Positions 30,740 through 39,665 are shown, counted from the first letter of the stretch. The stretch is DNA of 64,000 bases from Thermoplasmata archaeon (GCA_034667725.1 JAXDQS010000003.1:128001-192000), one strand, 5' to 3'. Notes: a model not told the origin generated them from the sequence alone. A program made the numbers and translations.

Positions 30740-31564
30740 ATGCACCTGAAGACGGCCGTCCTCGTCCTGCTAGCCCTCGCCATCGTGGCCCCCGTGGCCG
30801 CCCTCCCGCCCCCGCCCGTCGTGGACCCCGCGGCACCCTGCCAAGTGGTCCAGCCGGCCTTCATCGAGACCATCGCCGTCATCCCGGGCGTCCCTATCGA
30901 CATCGTGATGGAAGAGACCGGCGCCTGCGTCTCCCCCGCCGGCGCCTGCGTCTACACCGACAGCGAACTCCTCGACGTCACGCCCTACCTGGGCGCCTGG
31001 CTCGACTCGCACGGCAACGCCACCTGCGGCGCCGCCACCGGCTCCACCTGCGACACCGTGGACCTCCGCGGCAACGGCGGGGCCGTCGAGCCCGGCATCG
31101 CGCACGCCACCACGGCGGACGCACGCCGCTCCTGCGACCGCCTTGTGGCCAGGGCATGCCCCCAGACGGCCGCCCCCCCGGTCTACAGCAGCACCTGCCT
31201 GGGGATCAACGCCATCGGCCTCGGCCCCTACCTGTGCGCCTTCGTGGAGTCGTTCACGGCCTTCGGCGACATCTTCACCCTGTACGCCGAGGCGTGCGAG
31301 ACCCACTACCTCGACGACACCTGCGTGCTTGCATCGACGACGCTGGCAGGCATGGGCATCAGCGCAAAGACCTGCACGCCGGCCGGCTCGACTTGCGCCC
31401 CCACCTCCGTGGACCTCAGCGGCAGCCTGCCGCCGACCAGCTTCGTCGGCTGCATCCCGCTGCCCCACCCCTGCGTCCAGGAGGCCTTGGACTTCATCAC
31501 GGCAAGCGGGCCGGCGCCGCTGTGCGACGCCAACGGCGACGGCATCCCCGACTACGTGGCATAG
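30740..31564 (+). CDS. Cys-rich secreted protein
   Basis: Signal peptide; 16 Cys; C-terminal DANGDGIPD Ca-binding-type motif; GGAG upstream. Confidence 0.75.
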   Translation: MHLKTAVLVLLALAIVAPVAALPPPPVVDPAAPCQVVQPAFIETIAVIPGVPIDIVMEETGACVSPAGACVYTDSELLDVTPYLGAWLDSHGNATCGAATGSTCDTVDLRGNGGAVEPGIAHATTADARRSCDRLVARACPQTAAPPVYSSTCLGINAIGLGPYLCAFVESFTAFGDIFTLYAEACETHYLDDTCVLASTTLAGMGISAKTCTPAGSTCAPTSVDLSGSLPPTSFVGCIPLPHPCVQEALDFITASGPAPLCDANGDGIPDYVA

Positions 31565-31746
31565 CCAAACGCACCCATGCCCAGCCGCCGCGCCTCCCGT
31601 CGTGCGCCTTTCATGCCGATGGCTTGCGCAGCCTCTTTTAAGGGGACCCGAGTCCGAGCGTCGGCCCCGGGCGCTGCTCACGCGGCGGCCGAGGCCGCCG
31701 CTGGCCTGTTTCAGCACGCTGAACCTTATGCCGGTGGGCGCATCTT

Positions 31747-31819
31747 GCCGCCTTAGCTTAGCTGGTGGAGCATCAGACTGTTAATCTGAGGGTCGTTGGT
31801 TCGAATCCGACAGGCGGCG
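31747..31819 (+). tRNA. tRNA-Asn (GTT)
   Basis: Acceptor GCCGCCT/AGGCGGC, anticodon arm TCAGA-CTGTTAA-TCTGA, GGTTCGAATCC T-arm. Confidence 0.96.
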
Positions 31820-31959
31820 CTACCGAAGCCCTGCGGCCGCGCTGCGCGCGCCGCAAGGGCTGGTGCGACGGCCTATGGGATTCGTGGGTTGCGGCCCGCG
31901 CCGGGGGAAGCCCCTTCGCTGCGCTCGGGGCGTCCCTCGCCGAATCCGACAAGCGGCGC
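31802..31959. mobile_element. 120-bp hairpin insert flanked by a 19-bp duplication of the tRNA-Asn 3' end (att-like remnant)
   Basis: CGAATCCGACAGGCGGCGC (31802-31820) vs CGAATCCGACAAGCGGCGC (31941-31959), 18/19 identical. Confidence 0.65.
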
Positions 31960-32001
31960 AAACGTGGGAAGGCCTATCCTTGCGCGTCCGGTCGCGGCGG
32001 C

Positions 32002-32655
32002 GTGGGCTTCTGGGACCTGGCGACCACCATCCGGTCCCGCTGGAGCCTGCTTGCGTTCGTCCTTGCGGCCGACGTCGCGGGGATGCTGTTCGGGTGGTTC
32101 TACTACTACGAGGTCGGCCAGTTCGACCCGGCGTCGCAGCACTACACGCAGCCCTATTGGTGGCCGTTGGTGTCGGACTCGCCGAACGCGGTGCTGCTGT
32201 TCTTCGTCGCGGCGCTGGCGTACAAGCTCACGGGCTGGCGCAACAAGTGGCTCGACGTGTTCGCGCTCACCCTCAACGCCTACGTCGGCGCCTGGACGAC
32301 GCTGCTGTTCCTGTCCTACCCCGAGCGGATGGGGACGTTCGACTGGGGCTCGGCCAATAGCATCCTGTTCGTGACCCACATGGGGATGCCGCTGCAGGGC
32401 CTGCTTCTGGTCCCGCAGATGCGGCGCGACCGTTGGCGCCTCTGGGAAGTCGGCGTCGTGCTGGCGGCGCTCGCGGCGTTCGTCGCCGTCGACTATTGGG
32501 GCCCGCATCTCCATCCGGCGCCGTTCCTGCATCCCAACGACGGGGTGCTGCACGCCTGGAGCCCGTGGCTCATGGTGGCGGCGGCCGGCTTGTGGCTCTT
32601 GCTACAGCGCGTGGGTCGTGAGGAACGGCCGGACGGCGGCCGCGGGGTCCGCTGA
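32002..32655 (+). CDS. DUF1405-like membrane protein
   Basis: G..FGWFYY..Q, WPLVSDSP, H.GM, VDY pattern; multiple TMs. Confidence 0.75.
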   Translation: MGFWDLATTIRSRWSLLAFVLAADVAGMLFGWFYYYEVGQFDPASQHYTQPYWWPLVSDSPNAVLLFFVAALAYKLTGWRNKWLDVFALTLNAYVGAWTTLLFLSYPERMGTFDWGSANSILFVTHMGMPLQGLLLVPQMRRDRWRLWEVGVVLAALAAFVAVDYWGPHLHPAPFLHPNDGVLHAWSPWLMVAAAGLWLLLQRVGREERPDGGRGVR

Positions 32656-34749
32656 CACCACGGTCGGCGCGTCGGGCAGGAGGCTGCGGTACGGCGGCCC
32701 CGCGTAGCGCTCGTCCAACAGCAGGATGGCGCACTTGTCGACGGGCCCGCGGATGGCGCGCCCCATCGCCTGGAGGACCTTGTTCATCGCCGGGTAGGTG
32801 TAGCCGTAGGCGCGGCCCATGCCGGGGAAGCGCGCCTCCAGGTAGCCGATGGCGGCCTCCACCTCCAGGTCGGGCGGGGCCAGCGGCAGGCCCGCGACCG
32901 CCACGACGGACAACAGGTTGTCGCGGAAGTCGACGCCCTCCGAGAACGAGCCGCCCAGGACGCCGAGCAGGATGGCGCCGCCCTTGCCGCGCCACGACTC
33001 CAGTTGGTCGAGCACCTCGTCGCGCTCGCGCTTGCCCCAGGCCGGATCCTCCAGGATCAGCTCCTTCACCACGCCGCTGGCCTCCAGCGCGTCGCGCAGG
33101 TCGCGCAGGATGGCGTAGCTGGGCGCGAACACCGCCAGGTTGCCGCGCGTCGCGCTCGCGGTCTCCTGCAAGATCGTCGCCATGCGGGTCCACAGCTCGG
33201 GGCCGCGGCTGGCGAAGCGGGTGGTGAAGCCCTGCGCGATGGCGACCAGGCGGTGCTCCGGCGGGAACGGGCTCGGGTAGGTGCGCACCGTCGTGCGCGC
33301 CGAGTCGAGGCCCAAGAGGTCGCGGGCCATCTCGGGCGGCCGCAGCGTGCCCGACATCAGGATGGCGCTGTGGACGCGCTGGAACACCGTCTTGGCCGGG
33401 ATGGCGGCGTCGAGCAGGCGGACGTTCAGGGTCGGGCTGCCGGCGTCCTCCCACTCCAGGTAGCGCAGCGCGCCGCTCGCGAACCGCCCCCAGTCCTCCA
33501 AGGCCTCCGCCAGCTCCTCGGCGTGGACGACGCTGTCGGTGCCCTTGCGGACCTGTGCCGCCAGTTGCTGCAAGCCCTTGACGGCGTCCTCCAAAGTGCG
33601 ATGCAGGCCGAGGATGCGGTTGCGCTCGGCCTCGAACGCGATCGGCAGCGCCTCGATGGGCAGCTTCGCGACCCGGGCCGTGCCGCCGCCCAGCTTCGCC
33701 TCCTGGTCGCTGTTCGACCGGAGCGCCTGCTGCGCCAGGACGCCGAGCGCGTTCCGGAGGGCGCCGAGGTCCGCCTCGACGTCGCGGGCCTTGTGGGCAC
33801 GCGCCTCCGAGCCCACCTGGTCGAGGAGGAACGGCGTCACGCGGTGGCTGTGGCTCGCCCGGATCCGGTCGGGCAGGTTGTGCGCCTCGTCCACGATGAG
33901 GATGCAGTCCGCGAGCGTCAGGCCGAGGCGCTCCAGCGACTGCTCGCGGATGTCGCTGAACAGGTGGTTGTAGTCCGCGACCACCACCTTCGCCTCCTTC
34001 GCCGCCGTCAGCGCCACCAAATGGGGGCAAAGCTGGGCCTGCCGCGCCACGTGCATCAGCTCCGTCACGTGCAGCACGCCCTCCCGGACGCGGCGCAACG
34101 TGTCGCCGTCCACCTCGCCGAGGAACTTGCACGACTTGGTGCGGGTCTCGGTGGCGCAGAAGTCGCCGAACCGCCCAGGATGCAGGTCCTGCGCCTCCGC
34201 CCGCAGGCACATGTCGCGCTTCGACACGAGGTCCACCACGCCAAAGCTCGCGCCGCGCCGGTCGCGCACCGTCCGCAGCGTCTCGACGGCGATGCGGTGC
34301 TGGCTCTGCCGGCTCGTCAAGAACAGCACGGTCTTGCCGGAGGCGATCGCGAACTGGAGCGCCGGCGCCAGGCTCGCCGCCGTCTTGCCGATGCCCGTCG
34401 GCGCCTGCGCCACCAAGTGCTTGCCAGCCTGCACGGCGAGCGTCACGTCCCGCGTCAGGCGACGCTGCCCGTCGCGAATCTCGTCGTACGGGAACAGGCC
34501 AAGCTGCGGATGCAGCTGGCCGCCGAAGCTCGGCCGGTACGTGCTGGCCTGCGGCTGCAGCGGCGGCTCGACGCCGCCAGCGGCGGCGGCCGGCACCCCG
34601 CCGAGGCCCTGCTGGCCGGCGGCAAGTGCTATGCGCCGGCCGCCCGCGAGCACCGTGCGCGCCTTGCCCTGCGTCGTGCAGCGGATGCACAGCATGGCGC
34701 CGCGCGTGGGCCGCATCAGCCCCCGGCACGTCGGGCAGTAGGTCGCCAC
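32602..34749 (-). CDS. XPD/Rad3/DinG-family Fe-S DNA helicase with N-terminal Zn-ribbon
   Basis: APTGIGKT, four Fe-S Cys, DEAHNL, SGTL, SEGVDF, QAMGRAIR, DERY. Confidence 0.93.
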   Translation of the reverse strand: MATYCPTCRGLMRPTRGAMLCIRCTTQGKARTVLAGGRRIALAAGQQGLGGVPAAAAGGVEPPLQPQASTYRPSFGGQLHPQLGLFPYDEIRDGQRRLTRDVTLAVQAGKHLVAQAPTGIGKTAASLAPALQFAIASGKTVLFLTSRQSQHRIAVETLRTVRDRRGASFGVVDLVSKRDMCLRAEAQDLHPGRFGDFCATETRTKSCKFLGEVDGDTLRRVREGVLHVTELMHVARQAQLCPHLVALTAAKEAKVVVADYNHLFSDIREQSLERLGLTLADCILIVDEAHNLPDRIRASHSHRVTPFLLDQVGSEARAHKARDVEADLGALRNALGVLAQQALRSNSDQEAKLGGGTARVAKLPIEALPIAFEAERNRILGLHRTLEDAVKGLQQLAAQVRKGTDSVVHAEELAEALEDWGRFASGALRYLEWEDAGSPTLNVRLLDAAIPAKTVFQRVHSAILMSGTLRPPEMARDLLGLDSARTTVRTYPSPFPPEHRLVAIAQGFTTRFASRGPELWTRMATILQETASATRGNLAVFAPSYAILRDLRDALEASGVVKELILEDPAWGKRERDEVLDQLESWRGKGGAILLGVLGGSFSEGVDFRDNLLSVVAVAGLPLAPPDLEVEAAIGYLEARFPGMGRAYGYTYPAMNKVLQAMGRAIRGPVDKCAILLLDERYAGPPYRSLLPDAPTVVSADPAAAVRPFLTTHAL

Positions 34750-34879
34750 CGGCGCCCCTCAGGCCGCGACGGGGCCGTCGACCAGGACCACCAGGAAGGC
34801 GACAGGAAGAAGCACGCGCATGGCCGAAGCGACTTGCGCGCCGGATAAGGGCTTTGTCGCACGAGGCGCAGGCGGCGCG

Positions 34880-35173
34880 TCAGCGCGCGTCCTGGCTGGC
34901 GCGCATCTCCCGCGCCACCTTGTCCAGCACCGCTTCCTTGCTGCCGTCGCGCGCCACCCGCACGCAGCCCGCCTTCTCCCACGGCTTGGCCGGGTCGCGG
35001 GCCGCCTCGTCCACCTCAGGGTCGAGCTTGACGCGCGCCGCCGCCGTCTCGATCCACCGGGCGTCTGGGTCCTTGACGGCGAGGGCCACGGGGACGCGAC
35101 GGCCCTCCGCGCGGCTGCGGCGCGCATCGAAATAGCGCGGCCACAGGACGAAGCGCTCGTCGCCCTTGGGCAT
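34880..35173 (-). CDS. srp19: Signal recognition particle protein SRP19
   Basis: LWPRYFDARRSRAEGRRVP...P..PW..G; adjacent to rps8e. Confidence 0.92.
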   Translation of the reverse strand: MPKGDERFVLWPRYFDARRSRAEGRRVPVALAVKDPDARWIETAAARVKLDPEVDEAARDPAKPWEKAGCVRVARDGSKEAVLDKVAREMRASQDAR

Positions 35174-35183
35174 GAAAAACCCC

Positions 35184-35564
35184 TTACGCGACCTTGACGC
35201 CGTTCAGCGCGCCGGACTGGCCGGGGCGCGACGTGACCTTGACCTTGCCGACGTCGGTGTCCACGACGGCGCCCTTGGTCAGGATGTTGCGGCGCACGTA
35301 GTGGATGTTGGCGCCGTTCTCGGTCACCGTCTTGATGGTGGCCTTCGACGCCTTGCCCGTCTTCGGGTCGGTGACGTTGATGAAGTCCGTCGCCAGCAGC
35401 TTGACCTTCTGGCCGGCGCCCTTGGTGCGGATGAGCTTCTGGGTGTGCTCGCCCAGCTTGGTCTCGGCGTCCTCGGGGGCGACCTCGAAGCGGCGCTTCT
35501 TGCGGCCCGCGATGAGGCGGCCACCGGTCGGCTTGCGGACAGAGGTGCCTTGCCAGAGGGACAT
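35184..35564 (-). CDS. rps8e: 30S ribosomal protein S8e
   Basis: WQG.S.RKPTGGR, YVRRNILTKGA, VTSRPGQSG. Confidence 0.97.
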   Translation of the reverse strand: MSLWQGTSVRKPTGGRLIAGRKKRRFEVAPEDAETKLGEHTQKLIRTKGAGQKVKLLATDFINVTDPKTGKASKATIKTVTENGANIHYVRRNILTKGAVVDTDVGKVKVTSRPGQSGALNGVKVA

Positions 35565-35695
35565 GGACGGGACTCCTTGGAGTAGGCTGCGCGACAGGGC
35601 GGGGGTATAAATGCGTGATGTTGGGCCAAATAGAGGCGGACGCGGGCTGGACGACCCTCCGGCCTTTTGATGCGCGCAGATTTCCAAAAACCAGG

Positions 35696-36793
35696 ATGGC
35701 GGAGAAGGTAAGCCATTGGGCGCGCGACGCCTCCTTGATCGTCGCTGGGGCGACGGTCCTGGTGTACCTAGTGGGATACTTCCGCACTACGGCATACTAT
35801 TCCCAGTTGGGAGTTCCCGCCGAGGAGTTGCCTTTTGACCTCCCCGCCTACATGGTGAAAAGCACGCCCGTCCTAGTCCTGCCCGTCTTCACGTCGTTCT
35901 TGGCTTTGATGGCCAATGTCCTCGGTCGCGAGATTGGGCGGCGCCATTCACGTCTGGTTGCCGCTCGGGAGCCGCAAGCTGGCGCCACGCCGGAAGCGAG
36001 CCCCCCTTTCCCGCCCAACGATGAGCGCCCCCTCCGCGTCGGACTCCATCCGGAAACAGTGGCGCTGATTCTGGTGGTTGGATTCTTTCTCTACGAGGCG
36101 CTGCCCGGCCGAAAGAGTGCCATGGGGGTGTGGGACCAGGGATGGCTTTACTCGGTAGGAATCACGATTCTCGTTTTCGTTCTCGCGTGGCGGTCGAAAC
36201 GGACCGGCCTTGAGCCTCCCTTGCAAGCACGCGTTCCCACATTCCCTTCATGGTTCAAGCGATGGCACAAGCCGTGGTTCATGACCGCCCTGAAGGCGAT
36301 CTTTGCGCTTGGGTTGCTGGGCGTCATCTGGTGGATTGGTGAGTTCTGGACTGCGGTGTTCAGCACATTGGGCGCGGTGTTCGCCCTGCTGCTGGGCGCC
36401 CTTCAGCTTTGGCTCCAGCGGCGGCGCTCGGAAAAGCCTCCAAAGTTCCCCGGGCATGGATACGGGTCGCGAGTCGCGCCACACGCCCAGAAGCTAGGGC
36501 GGTCCTATTTCGCGTTCGTCGCCGCGTATTTCCTCATCGTCGTGGCCATTCTGCAAGGGCTCCACGTTGGCCAGTCTGCCGCGGGCGGCTGCGAATCGGC
36601 GCACGTCATTGCCTTCGACCCTCAGCCTGCGAACTTGGATTCGAATCGAACCTACTGGCTCGTCCTTCATGCGAACTCGAACTACTACCTGCGCGACGTG
36701 GCCGAGAAACCCGACAACAAGACTGTCCATCTCGTCCCGGACAATCAGTTCGCGGCGACGATGTCGGGCGCGAAGGCGATCCGCGACTGCTAG
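35696..36793 (+). CDS. Hypothetical polytopic membrane protein with atypical codon usage
   Basis: About 7 hydrophobic segments; many A/T-ending codons compared with neighbours. Confidence 0.65.
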   Translation: MAEKVSHWARDASLIVAGATVLVYLVGYFRTTAYYSQLGVPAEELPFDLPAYMVKSTPVLVLPVFTSFLALMANVLGREIGRRHSRLVAAREPQAGATPEASPPFPPNDERPLRVGLHPETVALILVVGFFLYEALPGRKSAMGVWDQGWLYSVGITILVFVLAWRSKRTGLEPPLQARVPTFPSWFKRWHKPWFMTALKAIFALGLLGVIWWIGEFWTAVFSTLGAVFALLLGALQLWLQRRRSEKPPKFPGHGYGSRVAPHAQKLGRSYFAFVAAYFLIVVAILQGLHVGQSAAGGCESAHVIAFDPQPANLDSNRTYWLVLHANSNYYLRDVAEKPDNKTVHLVPDNQFAATMSGAKAIRDC

Positions 36794-37359
36794 GCGGGCT
36801 TGGGCTTGCCGGGCTCGGGCTCCCCATTGACCGCCCGCACCCTGCCGTTCTCGTTGTCGTACAGCAGTCCGACGACCTCGAGGCCCTTCGGCATCAAGGG
36901 GTGGTTGCGGATCAGTTGCACGCTGCGGCGGACGTTCTCCTCGGCGTCGGCGAAGCCGCCCAGCCATCGTTGGAAATCCGGGCGCATCGCTTCGTGCAAG
37001 GGGACGTCCGTGCTGGCGGCGATGCTCTTGGCGATGCGGAACTCGCCGCGGCCGACCAGGGTCATGCCACACTTGGTGTGGCCCAGGATCGCGATGTTCC
37101 GGACGCCCAGGAGGTGCACGGCGACGACCAGGCTGCGCAGCGTCCCGTCGTCCAGCAGGTTGCCGGCGTTGCGGACGACCTTGGCGTCGCCGTGGCGGAG
37201 GCCGAGCACTTTCTCGACGTTGTGGCGGGTGTCCATGCAGGCGACGACGGCGAGTTTCAGGGCGGGCGGGGTGGCCAGGTCGCGGTCGGCGGGGTCCCAG
37301 TCTTGGGCGACGTAGGCGCGGTTGCCCTCCAGCAGCTGGTCGAGGATGGGTCGGTCCAC
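36790..37359 (-). CDS. Beta-class carbonic anhydrase
   Basis: ACMDTR, RNAG, GHTKCGM Zn ligands. Confidence 0.92.
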   Translation of the reverse strand: MDRPILDQLLEGNRAYVAQDWDPADRDLATPPALKLAVVACMDTRHNVEKVLGLRHGDAKVVRNAGNLLDDGTLRSLVVAVHLLGVRNIAILGHTKCGMTLVGRGEFRIAKSIAASTDVPLHEAMRPDFQRWLGGFADAEENVRRSVQLIRNHPLMPKGLEVVGLLYDNENGRVRAVNGEPEPGKPKPA

Positions 37360-37451
37360 GCGCGGGCCCAGGCGCGGGCGGGCAAGAGGGTTGCGCTGGC
37401 GGGGCCGAGGGTTTTCGGCAAGCCTATCCGCGAGGGGCCGGTTTGGGTGCC

Positions 37452-37670
37452 ATGGCTGCCAAGAAGGCCTCCAGGAAGACGGCAAAGAAGGCCACCCGCA
37501 AGACGGCGAAGAAGGCGCTGTCCAAGAAGCAGGTGGCGCAGCGCAAGTACGCGGGCGCCATGTCGGGCATCCGCAAGCGCGCCGCCACGGCCAAGGGCGG
37601 CAAGGGCCGGGTCAAGAAGCGGGCGGCGGCGACGGGGCTGCGGCGCAAGCTGGGCCTGAAGTCCGCGTGA
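37452..37670 (+). CDS. Small Lys/Arg/Ala-rich basic protein (histone H1-like composition)
   Basis: MAAKKASRKTAKKATRKTAKK...; no acidic residues; CCTATC box ~25 bp upstream. Confidence 0.7.
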   Translation: MAAKKASRKTAKKATRKTAKKALSKKQVAQRKYAGAMSGIRKRAATAKGGKGRVKKRAAATGLRRKLGLKSA

Positions 37671-37719
37671 GGCGGCCCGGTTCGGCACCGGCTTCAAGGA
37701 GCGGGGCGAAACCTAGGGC

Positions 37720-38103
37720 ATGACGCAGAACGTCGAGGGCCGGGGCGCGGCCGTGAAGAAGCCTGCCAAGAACGATTGGGGCAAGGGCGACGCCGAGGAG
37801 CATGGCCTCAAGGAGTGGGGCCAGGGCCGGCCGCTGTTCGGGGCGGGCGGCATGAAGCCGGCGGAGGGCAAGCTGGCTGAACACTACGAGAAGGGGGAGG
37901 GCAGCGTGTTCCGGGGCGCGGAGGACCTGAAGGCGAAGACCGGGATGGGCCGGGAGCACGTCCAGCGCAACAAGGGGGACGACAGCCTGGAGGCGGAGAA
38001 GGAGGGCGGGGTCGCGCGCATGGACACGGAGAAGGAAGGGATCGGCGGCGATCCTGGGAAGCGCAGCGACGGCAAGGTCCGCCGCAAGGGCGCGGACGCG
38101 TAG
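37720..38103 (+). CDS. Small hydrophilic Gly/Lys/Glu-rich protein
   Basis: 127 aa, highly charged, GC3-rich codons. Confidence 0.65.
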   Translation: MTQNVEGRGAAVKKPAKNDWGKGDAEEHGLKEWGQGRPLFGAGGMKPAEGKLAEHYEKGEGSVFRGAEDLKAKTGMGREHVQRNKGDDSLEAEKEGGVARMDTEKEGIGGDPGKRSDGKVRRKGADA

Positions 38104-38325
38104 GGTCGCGGTTTCCGCGGTGCGTCCCCGATTCGCCGGCGGCAGCGTCGCCCCCCGCATCCCTGGCCTTGAGGCCGCGGCGCCGCGGAACTGCGCAAGG
38201 CCTGGCGCTTTGGCCGCGGAAGGCGCGGGCCGGCAAACGGGCGCCTCGGGTGCGGTATAAGCCTTGGGGTCGCGGATGCCGCGGAAGGGCTGCTTTTGAC
38301 CAACGGGCTGCTGTCGTCAACTCCC

Positions 38326-38883
38326 ATGGTCAGCAACACCAACCAAGGCAACAACCAGGGCAAGAAGACCGGCAAGGAGTCCGAGGAGTTCTCGAAGACC
38401 GGCACCCAGGGCGGCCAGAACGTCCAGAAGGGCAACGTCGGCGGCAACATCCAGGGCGGCCAGGGTGGCAACATCCAGGGCGGCCAGGGTGGCGGCTACG
38501 GCCAGCAGGGCGGCCAGGGCGGCCTCCAGGGCCAGTCCGGCGGCTCGCAGCTCCAGAAGGGCGTCGGCGGCCAGGGCGGCACCCAGGGCGGACAGTCCTG
38601 GGGCGGCCAGGGCACCCAGGGCGGCCAGAACTACTCCGGCGGCCAGGGCGGCGGCCAGAACTTCGGGGGCCAGGGTGGCAACCTGAAGGGCAACCTCCCC
38701 ACGCCGTCGGGCAAGACGACCGGGATGAAGGAAGACCTGGCCAGCGAGGACGTTGGCGAGGACGTCGAGGAGGACATCGAGTCCGGCGAGGAGGAGACCT
38801 CGTACGGCACCGGCGGCAAGCCCAGCGGCAACACCGGCTCCGGCAAGGACAACAAGAACAAGGGCAAGTCCGGCGGCATCTAG
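38326..38883 (+). CDS. Gly/Gln-rich low-complexity protein with acidic patch
   Basis: Repeated QGG/GGQG units; EDVGEDVEEDIESGEEE. Confidence 0.75.
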   Translation: MVSNTNQGNNQGKKTGKESEEFSKTGTQGGQNVQKGNVGGNIQGGQGGNIQGGQGGGYGQQGGQGGLQGQSGGSQLQKGVGGQGGTQGGQSWGGQGTQGGQNYSGGQGGGQNFGGQGGNLKGNLPTPSGKTTGMKEDLASEDVGEDVEEDIESGEEETSYGTGGKPSGNTGSGKDNKNKGKSGGI

Positions 38884-38908
38884 GCCGGTCCAAGGTCCTG
38901 GGTCCACA

Positions 38909-38957
38909 CCTCTTCCCGCTCTTTCCCTCTCTCCTCCCCCTATTCTCCCTCCTGTTC
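38909..38957 (+). terminator. Pyrimidine tract, probable archaeal-type terminator
   Basis: ~48 nt almost entirely C/T between convergent genes. Confidence 0.45.
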
Positions 38958-39637
38958 TAGTCCCCCAAGTGCCGAGCGACGAGCTTGCCCACGGCCCGCC
39001 TGATCCGGTAGCTCGCAGCGCTTGGGCTGAGGCCGGCGGCCGCGGCGACCTCGCGCACGTCGGCGCGGCCCGGCACCTCGAAGTAGCCGAGGCCGGCGGC
39101 CTGGCGCAGGGTCGCCTCCTCCGCCGGCGTGAGCGCCGCGGCGGCCTCGTCGCGCGGCGGGCCGAGGTACAGCAGCTCCAGGCCAGGCTCCAGCTCGCGC
39201 ACGGCCTTGAGGTAGCCGGCGACGGCGCCGGCGCGCCGGGCCAGGAGGCGCACCGTCAGGACGCCGGCGCGCGTCGAGTCGGTCACCACCGTGTCGCGGC
39301 CGAGCATCCGGAACGCCAGCGCGGTGTGGCTGGGCCGGCCGCGCGCGACCTGGGCGCGGTACTTGTACCACAGGATGAGGCGCTGCGGCGTGCGCGCCTG
39401 CACCTCCTTCTCGACCACGTGCGGCGGGTCGTAGGCGGCGAACGCCGCGGCGGCGGCCTCGACGCCGGCCTGGTCGCCGTGGACGTCGAGGACGCGCCAC
39501 ACCATGCCGTCGTCGTCGAGGTGGGCGACGGTGGTGTCGATGGCTAGCGTGGGGGACGCGCGCGACAGCAGGAACGGCAGCTGGCGCACGGGGCCGCCGG
39601 GGTCGTGCAGGCGGTAGTGCAGGGCGCGCGTGGGCAC
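38957..39637 (-). CDS. Bat-type (HTH_10) transcriptional regulator
   Basis: C-terminal LT..E...L..A...GYFEVPGRA....A...GLS.SAASYRIRRA. Confidence 0.85.
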   Translation of the reverse strand: MPTRALHYRLHDPGGPVRQLPFLLSRASPTLAIDTTVAHLDDDGMVWRVLDVHGDQAGVEAAAAAFAAYDPPHVVEKEVQARTPQRLILWYKYRAQVARGRPSHTALAFRMLGRDTVVTDSTRAGVLTVRLLARRAGAVAGYLKAVRELEPGLELLYLGPPRDEAAAALTPAEEATLRQAAGLGYFEVPGRADVREVAAAAGLSPSAASYRIRRAVGKLVARHLGD

Positions 39638-39665
39638 GAGGCGGCCAGGAGGAAGGGGGACTTGA

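Noticed and set aside
31565-31740. Extra RNA gene or ORF upstream of tRNA-Asn
   Set aside because: Only one GC hairpin (GCGGCGGCC-GA-GGCCGCCGC) and a TTTTAA box; no cloverleaf and no credible ORF.
23049-31819. Genomic island integrated between tRNA-Leu and tRNA-Asn
   Set aside because: Both tRNAs point outward, so their 3' ends do not bound the region; no integrase or att duplication encloses it.
38103-38260. SRP RNA or RNase P RNA
   Set aside because: Too short, and the SRP helix-8 motif and RNase P conserved regions are not visible.
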